Shown: piece by piece, positions 38,117 to 52,289 of the stretch
How the letters are laid out: every line of letters starts with the position of its first letter
How positions within the stretch are numbered: the stretch's first letter is position 1
DNA from: Chrysomallon squamiferum
Taxonomy: Eukaryota > Animalia > Mollusca
Direction: 5' to 3'
DNA length: 64,000 nucleotides
Assembly: GCA_012295275.1 (NCBI GenBank)
Contig: CM022668.1
Span: forward strand, 5,270,001-5,334,000
Notes under the pieces: model-generated
What the model saw: only the letters and a program-made list of their open reading frames with translations
What the model was told of the DNA's origin: nothing
Databases searched by the model: none
Position numbers and translations under genes: made by a program

Positions 38117-40734
38117 ATGTCTAACACTTTGCGAATGAATGCAGAGGACGAGGGAGGTTTTGATTTCAGATGTGTACTACTTGAAGTTGATGGTGACCTG
38201 CACAAGGAGGACATTGATTCACTGAAATTCTTGTGTCGCGAGTTTGCTCCATTGAGTCGACTGGAACATATAAAGAACGGAACTGAACTGTTCAGCCTTC
38301 TTGAGAAAACAGGCAAACTGAAAGAAACAAATAAGTGGGTTTTGGCCGAGATGTTAAAACGTATTATGAGGTTAGATCTGGTGGAAACATTGCAGGTTGA
38401 TGAGAAAGAACTGGATACATATCTATCCATACATGGATCAAATTTTTCACCATACAGAAATCTACTTCTTGATCTTTCTGATGAAATCGGTGAAGAGGAC
38501 TTGCATAAGTTGTTGTTTTGTTCTGGAGACATTCCTAGAGCGAAGCAACAAAAGATTCACAGTGTGCTGGATTTTTTTCTCATTCTTGAACAGATGAAAA
38601 AAAATTAGTCCTGAAAATGTTGACATTTTGGAAGGTTCTCTTAAGCAGATAGGAAGATTAGATTTAGTAGAAAATATAAAGAACTTCAAACAGAAGATGA
38701 ATGTAAATATAACCTCTACAGTGGATCAGTCAGCTGTGATTACATTTGGAAGGACCAGTACACGTGAAGAACAAGTACAACATCCAAAACAAAAGATACA
38801 AGTAGTCTATCCCAGTGAGCCAACAAAGCCTGGTAGGACAACAGCGAGGGTTGTACCAGAGAATCCTCAACCAACACAAAGTCCTGCTTCAGAACCAGGT
38901 AAAAAACAAAAAAAAAAACAACCCCAAAACCTTCTTAAATGACCCAAGAATCATGTATTGTAAATTTTTATTTTCACAAAAAATAAAAAAAATAAAAGCA
39001 GTGTAATAATATTCCTGTAAAGGATCAGATTACATTAGTGTTTCTACCATTTATTCTCAAGGATTTCCATATTTTAACTTATCTTATTAGTTCTATCAAT
39101 TATTTCAACTTTTCTGTTATTTATTATGCCTTCAACAATTTCATCATTACTAATAAACAAAATAATACCACAATAAAATGGAAAATGTCAACATCTATAA
39201 TTAATCAGTGTAATTACTTTTATTCAAATACTTTATTATTAGCAAACATTTATCACCAGTAAACTAATAAAATCAATAATATATAAATATATATTTATAG
39301 TTTTTGTTTGCATTTCAAAATATTCACTTTAAATTGAAATGCTTACTTTTACTTCCTTTTATTAATTAAGTTTCTTATTTTTATTTTTTCTTCAGTATTA
39401 TGTGTGAAATTTGTAGATCTGTATTTAAGTAGTGATTCCCTGGTTTCTTTTCTGAATTAAACAATTAATCGTTTTGACATGTTTTCACTTACATAGAACA
39501 TTTAGATCTGTATTTAAGTAGTGATTCCCTGGTTTCTTTTCTGAACTAAACAATTAATCTTTTTGACATGTTTTCACTTACATAGAACATTTAGATCTGT
39601 ATTTAACCAGTGATTCCCTGGTTTCTTTTCTGAATTAAACAATTAATCCTTTTGACATGTTTTCACTTACATAGAACATTTAGATCTGTATTTACGTAGT
39701 GATTCCCTGGTTTCTTTTCTGAATTAAACAATTAATCCTTTTGACATGTTTTCACTTACATAGAACATTCTGCTTGCAAAGATCAGGGAGTGTCTTTAGT
39801 TATCTCTTTCTGGTTTTTTTCTTTCTTTTATTAATTATTTGTCTATTTATCGATTACATTTTGTTCATTATTCATTCATTGATTCATTCATCATCATTAT
39901 AATTATTATCATTCGATTCATTGTCATCATTGTATTATTATTATTTTATCATATTTTTATGTTTATGTTAAATTTCTTAATTATTCATTATTGTTTGATT
40001 CATTTCTCATATATATATATATATTTATTTATTTATTTTTTTCCCAGCTATACCTGATACACTTATCCGTGATATTGCTCTGCATATATCAAACACGCAG
40101 TTCTTTGCCCTTGGAACCCAGTTGAATATTCCTGACTTAACACTACAAGATTTGAGTCAGTATTATCATTCACCTCTTGAGAGAAATACTAACATGATCA
40201 AACTGTGGCTCCAAATGATAAATAGCACTCATGATAGAAAAAAGATAATAACAGATTTGTCCAAGGCCATGAGGAACTGTGAAATGACACAAACAGCAGC
40301 AGCACTGGAAACCATGTTTGGAATACAGCCACAAGGTAATGTTTTTGTTTGAAGTAAATCAGCTCTCTAAAAACACAAAACAGTTGGCAAATATTCTAGA
40401 GTTCAGAGAGTGTAAAGTTTTAAGTTATTTCAGTGTCATTACTATTATACCTCGGAACTTTATCACAAAATATCATTCACCAGTAACTAAATATTTTTAT
40501 GATTTTATGTATCTAGTAACATTTTATATGTGTGTGCGTGTGTAATTTTTATTGATTTCTAAAGTTTCATCTTCTGTTAATATTTAATGAGAAATTTTTC
40601 TTTGAGATCCAGAGATCAGTATAAGAGGGAAAAGGGCACATGAAGCTAACAGAACAGAAGAGGTAATAATACATTTTATAAATTTTTCATAGCTTTTGGA
40701 CATTTTTTCTTTATTCATTCATTCATCATTATTA

Positions 40735-40802
<68 letters not shown>

Positions 40803-43800
40803 TAGCTTATTTATTAAATTTTCTTACTTATCTGTTATTCTATTGCTTTTTCACATTTTTATTTTTATTTGAACTTTTTCTTTCACAAAGTGGAAAGATT
40901 AAACTATTTCAGTGTTGTTATCTTCTCTGTTTACTTTTTATGAAAATATTTTGGTCTCAGGTAAAGAAATCAGCATGAGAGAACAAAGAGCACAGGTATC
41001 TAACAGAACAGGTAATTATATATTTTATTAATTTTTCATTGCTTATTTTTCTAATAATGAAGTACAGAATAAGAAGATATTTGTGACTTCGTTACTTTTT
41101 AAACAGTTAGTATAAATCTGTTTACATCCAGTTGATTGTTTTATGAGTCTAATTATTTTTATTTAATATTATATTATTAGCAGTAATTTATAGTAATTTA
41201 TAAATTTATATATACAAAATATGTTTTTTACCTTTTCTATCTTTTAAACAAAAGTATACATTTTAAAATTTTTCTGTTTGTTTTCAGTTGATTGAACATA
41301 TTTATTTTGTTACTTTTTAAATTTTTGGAGGCCAGTGATTTTATTATGGAGGCCAGTCTTTTCTGTTTAAAATATACGAGAAACTTTGTATTACCACAAA
41401 TCAAGTAAACTTACAACATTGTAACATGAATTTAATCTGACCATAATATTGACGTGTAATATTGCTAGTCAGTATCATTCCAATTTAATAAAGGTAATTT
41501 ATTTCTGGTATATGGCTTGAAGAAAATAAATAAAAAATGTGACCTTAGACCTGGTACCAATATGTATTTTATTTATATTTTTTTAAAGAACAGCAAAAAA
41601 AATGATTCACCTGCTTGGTTCTAGTCTTTGTTATTTTATCATTTTCTATTATTATTAGCAAATAAGTGACATCGCAAAACAAATAAAGAAATCAGATTAA
41701 GCTGCATATATTTTAATTTTATAGCAGAACTTACTTTGAGTTGTGTTACTTATTTATTAATTTTTAATTTTTGAATTATTTATTACAAATCACCAGCAAA
41801 TCAGATTCCAAACGTTGTACAGCAGTTAGAAAGAACTGATGTAGATCAGGGTCCTGTCCCCTACTACAAAATGGATGCTAATCCTCGAGGTATATTTTCA
41901 AATAAATATTTTATTAATTTGGGATCAGCAGGAAGAGGCCTCTTTAATAACAGTATATTTGGTACAAACAATATAGGTGAGAGGTATATGTCACACAAGC
42001 ATTTTCATTCATCTTTTTTTATGCCTTTGTGATTTGTTTGATGCTGTTTATGTTTAACTATTTCACTCTCTGAAAAAAAGAGTTAAAATGAAAAAAAATA
42101 TGAAAAAGGATTGAAATTACGAATAATTAGAAAAAGTTAATAAATAAACAAATATAATAATAATAAGATAATGATGATGAATGAATGAGCAAACAACAAA
42201 ATGTAGATTTGAATTCCCCAGTGTATAAGTCATGAATCCCTGCTCTTATTCCAGCTAATGTATTCTGATGAGTGATTCTTAAACACAGACAGACTGGGTT
42301 CTCCAAGTACGCATCTCTCATTCTGTCTCTCTGCTTCTCTCCGTCTACCTGCCTTATATTTATACTTTATATTTCCATTAAATGTATGTTTTTTTCTTCT
42401 GTTTTATTCTAGGAATATGTTTAATAATCAACAATAGAGATTTTCAGAAAGATTCAGTGAAGCCAGGAGCTAAAGATTTGCAAATAGAGAGGGAACTGAT
42501 GTAGATGCAGGTAACTGTTACTTTGAAAGAGAATAGTAGTAACAACAACAACAACAATAGTAATAATAAAAATAACAGCATCAGTAACAATAACAGTAAT
42601 AATAATATTGGTAATAAAATTACTTCTAATGACAAATAATTATAAGATAGTAATTGTAATAAAAGTAATAATAATGGTAATGAAGGTTTGTTTACATATG
42701 GCAAGTATCTTTCTCTCTCTCTTATACATAGTGTTTTTGAAATGAAATCCATACAATATTTAGATATTTATAGAGAGATTTATTCATTTCCATAATTAAT
42801 TATATCCCATTTTTTCACCTTTCAGAATATGTATAAAGGAAGGAAATCAATGCTCAAACACCATCTATTAAATTTTATTTTTTTTTTTTTTTTCATACCA
42901 ACATACACATACACACACATCAGTATTTCATACAAATTTTATTTCTAGTTACGCTGAAAGAAACCTTTTAAAAAAAATATTTGATATTTATGTTTGAACA
43001 CACACATACACACATCAGTTATCATACTTAGTTTAAAAAGATGTATAATGTTTCCTTTCTAGGAGAACTGAGAAAAACTTTCAGTAATCTTCAATTTATC
43101 GTCGAAGAAAAAACAAATTTGACTGACACTGACATGGTTGAGGCTGTAAAGGACCTGGCTTTGTCTGATCACAGTGGCTATGACTGTTTTGTGTGTTGTA
43201 TTTTGTCACACGGAGACAAAGGTGTGATATACGGATGTAACGGTTTGCCTGTACGGATCAGAGACTTGACTGGACCATTTAGACCTGAGTCGTGTCCAAC
43301 ACTGAGTGGGAAACCAAAGTTGTTTTTCATGCAGGCTTGTCAGGGTGAAGAAGAACAAAAAGGTATGTATGGCAGCTGTTAAAAATAATTTCTCAAAACT
43401 ACATATATGATTTTCTGTTGTATTTAGTCAGATACATATTATACTGAGTGGCCTAAATCTGTGAAAATTGCCATGTCATTGTTTAATACATGAGAAAGAC
43501 ATTTTGGGGTTTAAGAATTTGCTACAAATTTATACTAACATTGTCCACAAATGATAACATTTTTTGTGTTTATTTGTTCTAAAATACTTCATGTATAGTT
43601 ACAAATATCTGTATGGATTTTGGTATGAGTTTGTATGTAATTAGGATTAATATTTTTAAAATATCAGAACTTAATTTCTAATACATCTATTTACAGGATA
43701 TGATACAGAGATAGACAGTGATATTGAAAAGGATGTTCAGCAGGAAGAAACAATCCCAAATGAAGCAGATTTTCTGTTAGGATATGCCACAGTACCAGGT

Positions 43801-45415
43801 TTTGTGTCTTACAGATCAACATCAACTGGATCCTGGTACATCACAAAACTGACAGAAATTTTAAATAAATATGCTAAAAAGTAAGTAAATGAATTTTATA
43901 ACTGTATAAAATCTTAAGGGGAAACTTAAGAATCAGCTTGAAGATTACAACTAATGTATTCTTGCAGAAATGACATATAATGCAGAAACATGGACACAAA
44001 CAAGACAGACAAAGAACAAACTAACAACCAGACAAAATAATTGTTAAGCATCACATCATGACCAAAAACCAACTCACCTGTATATGATGAAACAAAAGTC
44101 GTAGATATCTCTGATCAGGTTAGAAGCAGAACACAACAGCTGACCGATGATGATGAAATTTTGAAAATATACAAATATTTTTTTTAAACTATTGAGTTAG
44201 TCTCAGTCTTGTGACATCACTGAAATGTTGTCTTGAGGATTATTTTATCAGTATAAAAAAGAGGATCATCTACCTGTTCAGGAGATAAAGATATGCAGTT
44301 TACAGATTGCTTTTATGTTCACAATATTGACTGCCTGTTTGGAAATAGATTGGAGGTCAAACACCTTTTAGTACTATTTATGTTTAGATATATACAACTG
44401 TTGCATTATTAAAATAAAAATAGAAAAACACTGGTTTAAGAAGTTTGGGTACCACTGTTTGCTGTGACTTTGTCTAAGTGTTTTGTGATGTCACATGTTG
44501 TTAACTAATACTGTTAGCTGGATGATGATTTTTCTAGGCAGGGCAAATTGATTACTGTAATAAAACTTTCAATCAGTAAATCACGAAATTTAGTAGAATT
44601 CATGCACACGATATGTAATATATATAATGTACATATGTTAGAAACATCTTTTACATATGACTGTATTTTAGTTGGAACCTGTGAAGGAATGTTCCTACAT
44701 TATCATGTTAACTAAAATGTACAAGAAATCATTTCGGTTCTCCTTTCTGATCTTTTAAGAAAGTAATAAAAACATAATACAGCTGGGACTTACATACAGA
44801 TCTGTTTTATACATATATATATTTAACTTTTTTTTATTTTTTTTTATATTTTTCAGAGAGGACATGTATATGTTATGTAAAGAAAACGATGAATATTACT
44901 ATTTATTACTTTTTAAAATTTATTTTCATTTTATATATTTTTCAGAGAGGACATCCTCAGTTTGCTCTTGTTAGTAAATAATGAAGTATGGAAACGGAAC
45001 GCCACGATGAATTATGGTACATACAAGCAGTCCCCAGCACCATTGTACACACTGAGGAAGAAGCTGATATTCAAGTGAAGCAGAACTTTTTAAACTGTAT
45101 ATATTTTTCAGAGAGGACATCCTCAGTTTGCTCTTGTTAGTAAATAATGAAGTATGTAAAGAAAACGCCACGATGAATGATGGTACATACAAGCAGTCCC
45201 CAGCACCATTGTACACACTGAGGAAGAAGCTGATATTCAAGAGAAGCAGAACTTTTCATTTGTATAGTTATTTTAAACTGAATATATATTTCAGAGAGGA
45301 CATCCACGATTTGCTGCTGTTAGTAAATAACAAAGTATGTAAAAGAAATGTCAGAATGATGAAGCAGTCACCAGCACTGTTCAGCACATTGAGGAAGAAG
45401 CTGATATTCACGTGA
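38117..45415 (+). CDS. Caspase-8-like copy 3 (DED-DED-DD-caspase) with two 1-nt homopolymer frameshifts (pseudogene or consensus errors) and three alternative last exons
   Basis: Exons 38117-38898 (A8 instead of A7 at 38597-38604), 40048-40335, degenerate microexon 40607-40662, 40961-41011, 41797-41889, 42413-42510 (98 versus 99 nt), 43063-43362 (SHG, QACQG), 43697-43880. Terminal exons: 44946-45078, 45112-45415 (read-through) and 45295-45415. Confidence 0.75.
39415..39769. repeat. 89-bp minisatellite, 4 copies, in intron 1 of copy 3
   Basis: Same unit as 33583-33937, period 89. Confidence 0.95.
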
Positions 45416-47530
45416 AGGACATTTTTTCATTAGTTTTATCTTTTATTTGAAGTTTTGTTTATTTGGAAGTGATGTTTTCCAGAATTAACCATATATTATT
45501 GCAGGTAAATTATTGAAAAACTCTCACACTTCCTATCTATCTGTGCTAACATCAATGAGTGGTATGAACTGAAGTAATAATAATAATAATCATAATAACA
45601 AATAAAAATAACCCCAAACCTTAAAATTAAGTAAGTTCTATATGCTTGAATGAAAGAGACATTTAGTTTGGTGCCATGTGTGAAAGAACCTCATTAGTGC
45701 CTCTTTTACCACACTTGTTTTCAGTTGTAATTTTGTTTCCTAATGTCAGAAAATGGGGTTAAATACAAAAATAAATAAATAGCAGAGCGTATGCAGTCGT
45801 ATATGGGCTATTTAGAAGAAGTCCCGTTATTTAATAAACTAAGAAACTCTGGGATTTAACAAATTCAAAATTGGCATTAAAAGCTAAAAAGTAAATTCAG
45901 AAAGGCTATCTGCAGAGTTGTAGATTGAACACCCGAGTGATGGGTATGTAAGTAGTGGCACGAGTTTTGAACAAGATCTCTTTGATCAGTGCCCTTTTTG
46001 AGAGTCTTTGTCTGCACAAGACAAAGGAAAATGCAGACAGTGGTAAATAAGTTTTAATGTTTAGTATACGCAACATACATATTGAATGATTTAAGATAGC
46101 TAAATCTATTACTGTTAAATTTTTATAGCGTTATTATGTGGTACGAACTTACTTTTATAATACAAGGTTAATGTATTTTAATAATGAGAAAGAGTATTTA
46201 GAAAGATCAAGTAACCAACTGGTCTGAATTAGTTTTATATTATTTGTCAACTCTGTTTGTCAAATTTTAGGTAGTAATACCAGTCAGACTAGTCATTGTG
46301 ATAGTTGGTGTTTCAAACAATTATCCAAATGTTATTTCAGGATAAATTACTGAAAAACATACTACACGTCTGGGTAGTATCAATTGACTGTGTGTTGATG
46401 TAATAATGATTTATTTCTTATTTGTCCAAGTGAAAGACATTTTTTCATTTGTAGAATTATTTTTTATTTTAAATTTTGTTTATTTCGAAATGTTTTCCAC
46501 AATTAACCCAACATTATTTGAGGATAAATTATTGAAAAAATCTGGCACATCCTGCTTATCTGTGATACAACAGTGAGCTGTGTGTATTGACGTACATTTG
46601 CAAGCAATTGCTTTGTTTGTTTGTTAAGGAAGCTATAGAATAATAATAACTGATTTTGAAAATATAATGGGATAAATTTGTTAATTTGCTTAAAGAAATA
46701 TAAGAAGTTGTTTTGATTGAAAATAGCATCTAGTTCCATGATTGTTTATTCACATGCATTGCTGTTTCAAAGATATGTATTAACAACAACCGTATATATA
46801 ATATAAAATGTTTTTTCTCCTTAACTATAAATTAAATAATAACAAAAGATTAATTTTTTTTCAATATTATATTTTTCTCAGCTGTATACAAATTCGAAAG
46901 TAATTTTGTACATACAAAAATTAAAATCAACAACAAACCTTATTACTCTAACGACAAAAACTTTCAGTAACAAATGTTTAAGTACTTACCAACATAGAAA
47001 TTTAAATGACTAGAAATTATATATTTTTCAAAATATAAAGTTCCAAACCATTTCTATAGCAATCCACAAAGAATTTGCTTATGCAAAGTTTGTAAATAAA
47101 TGGTCGATTTATTTAAAGATATTGAAACTGCCACATCTACTTTTGAGTGTGAGAGAATCCAGTTAAATATTATTACATCTACTATTATTAGCAGCAGTAG
47201 CATCATATGAATTTATTTATTTACCTATTTCATAGAAATACATCGTATTCGGTTTCTGTTGATAACCGATAATTACACTGTACAATACACAACCTTATTC
47301 CATAAACATGTCAAATTATATTATGCCCGTATTTTTCTTTTTAATTTATAGGTTGTTTTTGAGTTGTTGGTTTTTTCTGCTTCCAACTCTCGAAAGCATG
47401 ATGCTCCAACATCGTACTGAGTATTTTTATTTGATTGCATCTGAATCAATGAAGTTTCAATGAAAGGGTTTGGAAAGTGCCGATATAATAAAATAATTAA
47501 CATTTTGAATGTTTTCAAGTTTCCTTCTTG

Positions 47531-48000
47531 TTAATATAACGTGCGGCTGTAGAAAACAGAGACATAGCCGCTGTAATCACCAACCCAAAGCCTTCCGTGA
47601 TCGTCCTCAGCAACGGACTTTAGCCCATTCAAACCAATTCCATCACGGTTTCCTTCACAAACTACCCTTTTATGGGTTAGAACAAACATCGAGTTGTTTC
47701 CCTTATCCGCCATTACGAGATTTCCCTTTTTGTCAAAGCAAATTCCGTCGGGACACAAAGAGCACCCCATCGGTAAGAAAACGCTTAATGATTCGCCATT
47801 TATATTGAAAAAAAAATACACCTCTTTACGTTTGCTGTCAGAGACGCACACAACGTATCCGTACATGCAATCTTGCTAGGTGACTTCAGCGGGTTGATAA
47901 CTCCTTCTGTTTCTGTTAATGTCAACAATAAACACACTCGATTCTTCCATAATCTCATATCTTCTACAGAATGGCGTGTACATTGCGTTGGCAGTGATGA
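47531..48000 (-). pseudogene. NHL-repeat beta-propeller C-terminal fragment (TRIM-NHL/B-box-NHL-like), frameshifted
   Basis: LKSPSKIAC / VCVSDSKRKEVYFF..NGE / PDGICFDKKGNLVMADKGNNSMFVL / SVAEDDHGRLWVGDYSGYVSVF match NHL repeat patterns. The sequence is split over two frames. Confidence 0.65.
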
Positions 48001-48499
48001 AAGAATGAATAAATAAATAAACAACAAGCTTGCAAGATATTCATAGAGTTTAATTCCATTTATTAATAGTCATCTTACGTTTTCATTGAATTTAAATAAT
48101 TTATTTTTTAAATTCACATGGAAATTAACATAGGCTGAAAAAATAAAAATGTATATAATAAGGATTTTCATTAGAACAAGTGCCATGAAAATGGACATTA
48201 TTATTATTTGCAGTTATTGTTAATTAATTGTAGTTTAATTTATTTTCGAACATTTTATTTTAATGTCATCACAAATAACAGTCTATTACCACATATTATA
48301 CATTTAAGATATTCATTTTTCATCTTATTAATCAAAAGTATTCACATAGTGACATACTAATACAGTGAAATGATGTTTTCACTGACATTGAGAAGAAAAG
48401 AAAAAATAATTACTGCTAAATTTATCACGTACAAACAAAATGCTGACTGTTCTGTAAATGTCAGCTTGAAAATGTACAAATTGAACACTGGGCATGTTA

Positions 48500-49830
48500 T
48501 TTATTCAGGTAATGTTAAACATGAGTTGAATCATATGCCTATTAGAGGAAAACTCAGAGAAGATTGAAAAAAATACTTGCTAGTCGTAAGAAATGCTTTT
48601 AGCATTATTTAGAATGAGTTACGGATGCTAAGCCAGCAGACTTGTAGCCGGAAATGTCAGTGGGTACGGAAAAGACACAAGTGTGTTTCGTCAATCTAGT
48701 GAATCTAGGAAAACAGTTAGAAGAGACAAAGGGTGTACCAAAAGTCTTCTGTTGTTAATGAAAGAAAAATCTTACACAGGTTTAATTTTTAAGAATCAGT
48801 TTGCAACCTAATTATATACTATATTGGTCAGAAGAGGGATTAAGACTGTATCACAATTTAGTAGAAAAAGTTGCTTTATATTGGGTGCTATAGGCAGCAT
48901 TGTTCATAAAAATGAAGATGGTAAGCAGTTCTTATACTATGAATATGCTATAAAAAAAGATAAGATGGGCATTACTGTTGCCACTATGATTAGTGAAAAT
49001 GAAGCATTGCCAAGAATGTTAGATTGGAGTTAAATTTCAGATATGCTGAAAAGAAAACATTTGGATAGAACAATATTTCCTGCCCTACACTGATCAATGG
49101 TTTTTATCTTAGGAGCTCTTTTACATTTTAATAATGAAACACTGAATCAATTTTTACATTGATCATGTAAAATTATGAGTCAGCACTCTGAATTATTTTA
49201 AATATGTTCACATATGCTCTAGTCATTTCATGAATAAGGTGAACAAATTTTGCTGGGAAAAATGTAAGAAAAAAACCCAACAACTGCAGAATTTTTCTTA
49301 ATATCTTAAGTCTGGTGATAAATATTAATGACATGAAAGAAATAAGAGAACTGCTACTTGATATTTTTGTGGTTTTGTTCTCCAGTCATATAAACTCCTA
49401 GACAGACTATTTCATAAAAGCAACTGTTTTGAAATATCGATTTCAAAAGAATATTCTGATTTTGATGAATTTAATTTTGAACAAGTAGACATAAAAATAT
49501 TGCAACTTGTTTACTACAGAATTTCTTAATTTAGCTGAAGACTCTTTGTTTAAGTCAATTTCTGAAGGTATCTTAGAAAATATTAACTAAACCTGATTGC
49601 CATGTAAATTTGATGAAAATAGTAATGTTAATCCATGTTTTTCAGAAATATTTCTTCAATGTTTAAAACAAATGTATTTTGGACAAATGTAACACAGACT
49701 GAAAAATCTGCATCAGAAATTCCCAGTAGTAAAAACTTTATTCATGAATAGATGTAAACAACTAGCACAATTGAAAATAGGTTTAGAATTCTGAAATATA
49801 CTGGACTGCAAGGCAGAACCAAACTTTATA
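48500..49830 (+). mobile_element. Highly decayed NOF-FB/MULE-like transposase
   Basis: Fragments ILGAIGSIVHK..QFLYYEYAI..TVATMISEN..MLDW, SHFMNKV and AQ/IENRFRILK resemble the 'LDATGS..FYY..VAEMIS' and 'VEN.F..LK' motifs. Many stops. Confidence 0.45.
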
Positions 49831-51479
49831 TTGTATTGGTAATCAAATCCATTTTTAATGCTTGTGAATAGTGTATATTTCAGATTGTGACTGCTCAGTC
49901 GGTGTAAAAGATTAGCTGAAGATAATTATGAATTTCAGATGACCTCATTATTAATAACAATGTCAGATCATTTCTGTATTTGAAAGGTTTATTGTAGGCC
50001 TTGTGTAATATGTTTCTCAGGAATTCAATTCTAATATAATCTACATAATCTATGTTGTGAGTCTAACTGGAATGCACTCATACAAAAATGATCCTCATGA
50101 CTGTAATCACCAAAAATAGCAGTGATTTCATTACTTTATAATTTAACTACATATTGTGTCATTATATTTATATTCATCAAAAGACTGTTTAAAATAAAAT
50201 ATTTTAGATGCTGACAGTTTAACCATAACTTTTGAGGGAACTTTCTTAATAATAATAATATTGAAAATTATTTTATGCCCTGTTACACACAATAAAGAAA
50301 AACACAACAACAAACAAACGCAACGGTTTATCATGACAGAACTTGTTGTACTCATATATTTATGATGCAATATTTTCCATGTAAATACAAAGTTGTGACT
50401 TCACTGATACCTTTACAGAAATAATTTTATATTCCATTTATTAAATATAAATTCTGTAAATTCAATGATTTAAACTATATATTCATGTGAAATTATGTCA
50501 AAAGAAATGGCTTCTGTGTTATTTTCATATCAAATTAGAACCTGAATTAATATATTAAAGTGTGCATTATGCATGAACAAATAAACCAGATTTGATATGC
50601 TCGGGTGAAATTTACCTTGTGTGTCATGTTTGGTTCATACAATGAAACTTCAGTGATGAACCTGATCACAGTTCAGTGACATGGCATAAATTCTAAATTA
50701 CTGGGTGGCCAATTTCGAGGGGTTTGTGTACGAGAGTCCTTTACTTTGTTTGGTTACATTGGTAATCAGATCCACTGAGGAGGTTTCCTCATGGAAATAA
50801 AGTTCATCAGGTGATCTAAACTCTACTCCAGTATATCAAATACCATGTCTGTTTGCATACCTTAATATATTACAACATATCACTAAATGGAAATCTGATT
50901 TTATTACAAAATGGCTCCTTTTTCAACTTCTTTTTTACTTAATTTTTTTTTTTATTGTGATTTTTTTTTACTTGTTTTTATTACAGAACTTGTATTTATA
51001 TACTTTTATTACAAATTGCTATTTAACAACAGAAGTGGAGGCCAGACATTAATTGTTGATTATTAATTATCATATTGATATTTGTAATTTGGGACAAAAT
51101 CATGAGAGGGAACTTGCTCAAATTTGATAGATGCTGTAATTAAATAAATTATTGAAGGCACTGAATAAAATATTTCATTATTATTATTATTATTAAAATA
51201 ATAATAAAAATAAAATGTTAAATTAATTAAATCTAGGTTGACATATCTGATTGTCACAAATGGCCTTTGAGGTTCAAGATATTAAAGAAAAAGTAATACA
51301 AACAGTTTTTATTTACTTTATTATGAAGTGTTTCGATACGGGTGACAAAATGTGTAGTGAAGCCTACATAATTGTAAATAGAAAAAAATAACATGATACA
51401 AATATCATATAATTTTTGTCTAAACAAATCAGAAACATAACAATTACTTTAATTTGTAGGCCATATTTGAATTTTTCAG

Positions 51480-52289
51480 CTGACATAACTGATTCTGTTC
51501 AGGAAGCTGCAAAATTTATAAAAGACACTGTGAAACAAATGTTTGTCCCTTGTTCTTGCAGAGGTCAGTTAAAAACAACAACCACAACATTTAAATTACA
51601 AATTATCTTATTTATTTTTTATTTGTTTATTTATTTATTGTTTTTAACTGTTGAATATTTCTTGCACATATTCTAATGGAAATGTAGTAAACTTAGTTTC
51701 AGTTTATTATTATTATTATTAAATAATAACCGATATGCTTGGATTTTTCAAAAGAAATACAAATTAAAGTAAAGCAACGTAAAATGACGACAGTAAATAG
51801 ATTAGCAAAAATACCTTAATTTCACAATTGTTTATTTATTTATTTTTTATTTTTTTTAGTCCGGGTAAGTAATTAATGCAAGAATTCAAAAGGAAAAACA
51901 ATAGCAAATACTTGGTTATAGAGTTATCTCCTACTTGTTCCCGTAACCAAGCAATAACTCTAAACTAACGGTTTTAGAAATTCGCTGGCTTCACCTTAGC
52001 AACGCAGTTGCCATACTTCTAAAACAAATTGCATTATATATATGAAATTTTAATTTTGCTATTGTTCTGAAACATATTTTATTTTCTAATAAAAGTGAAT
52101 ATGTTTTATGTCTTAGAAGTTTTAACTGTTATTGAAACTGCGAACTATTTTTACAGCGCCTTTATTTCAGTTCCCGAGAACAGTTATAAATATGATAAAG
52201 GCAATAATGTTTGTTACACGCCCGGATCTCCTGTCCCGGAACCCATCCCTGGCGATCCCAGAGATCGGATCCGTGATAGGCGTGCCTGA
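51480..52289 (+). other. Two orphan in-frame exons (51480-51563, 52171-52289) forming an unidentified C-terminus
   Basis: TTTTTCAG|..|GTCAGT and TTTATTTCAG| join in phase 1 to give ADITDSVQEAAKFIKDTVKQMFVPCSCRVPENSYKYDKGNNVCYTPGSPVPEPIPGDPRDRIRDRRA*. GC content is raised over both. Confidence 0.4.

Noticed and set aside
38590-38610. Programmed frameshift at the A8 run in copy 3
   Set aside because: Paralogs have A7; a simple indel or consensus error is more parsimonious.
50690-50860. GC-richer patch that might be an exon (similar patches at 7540-7700 and 45840-46050)
   Set aside because: No convincing splice sites, open frame or recognisable motif.
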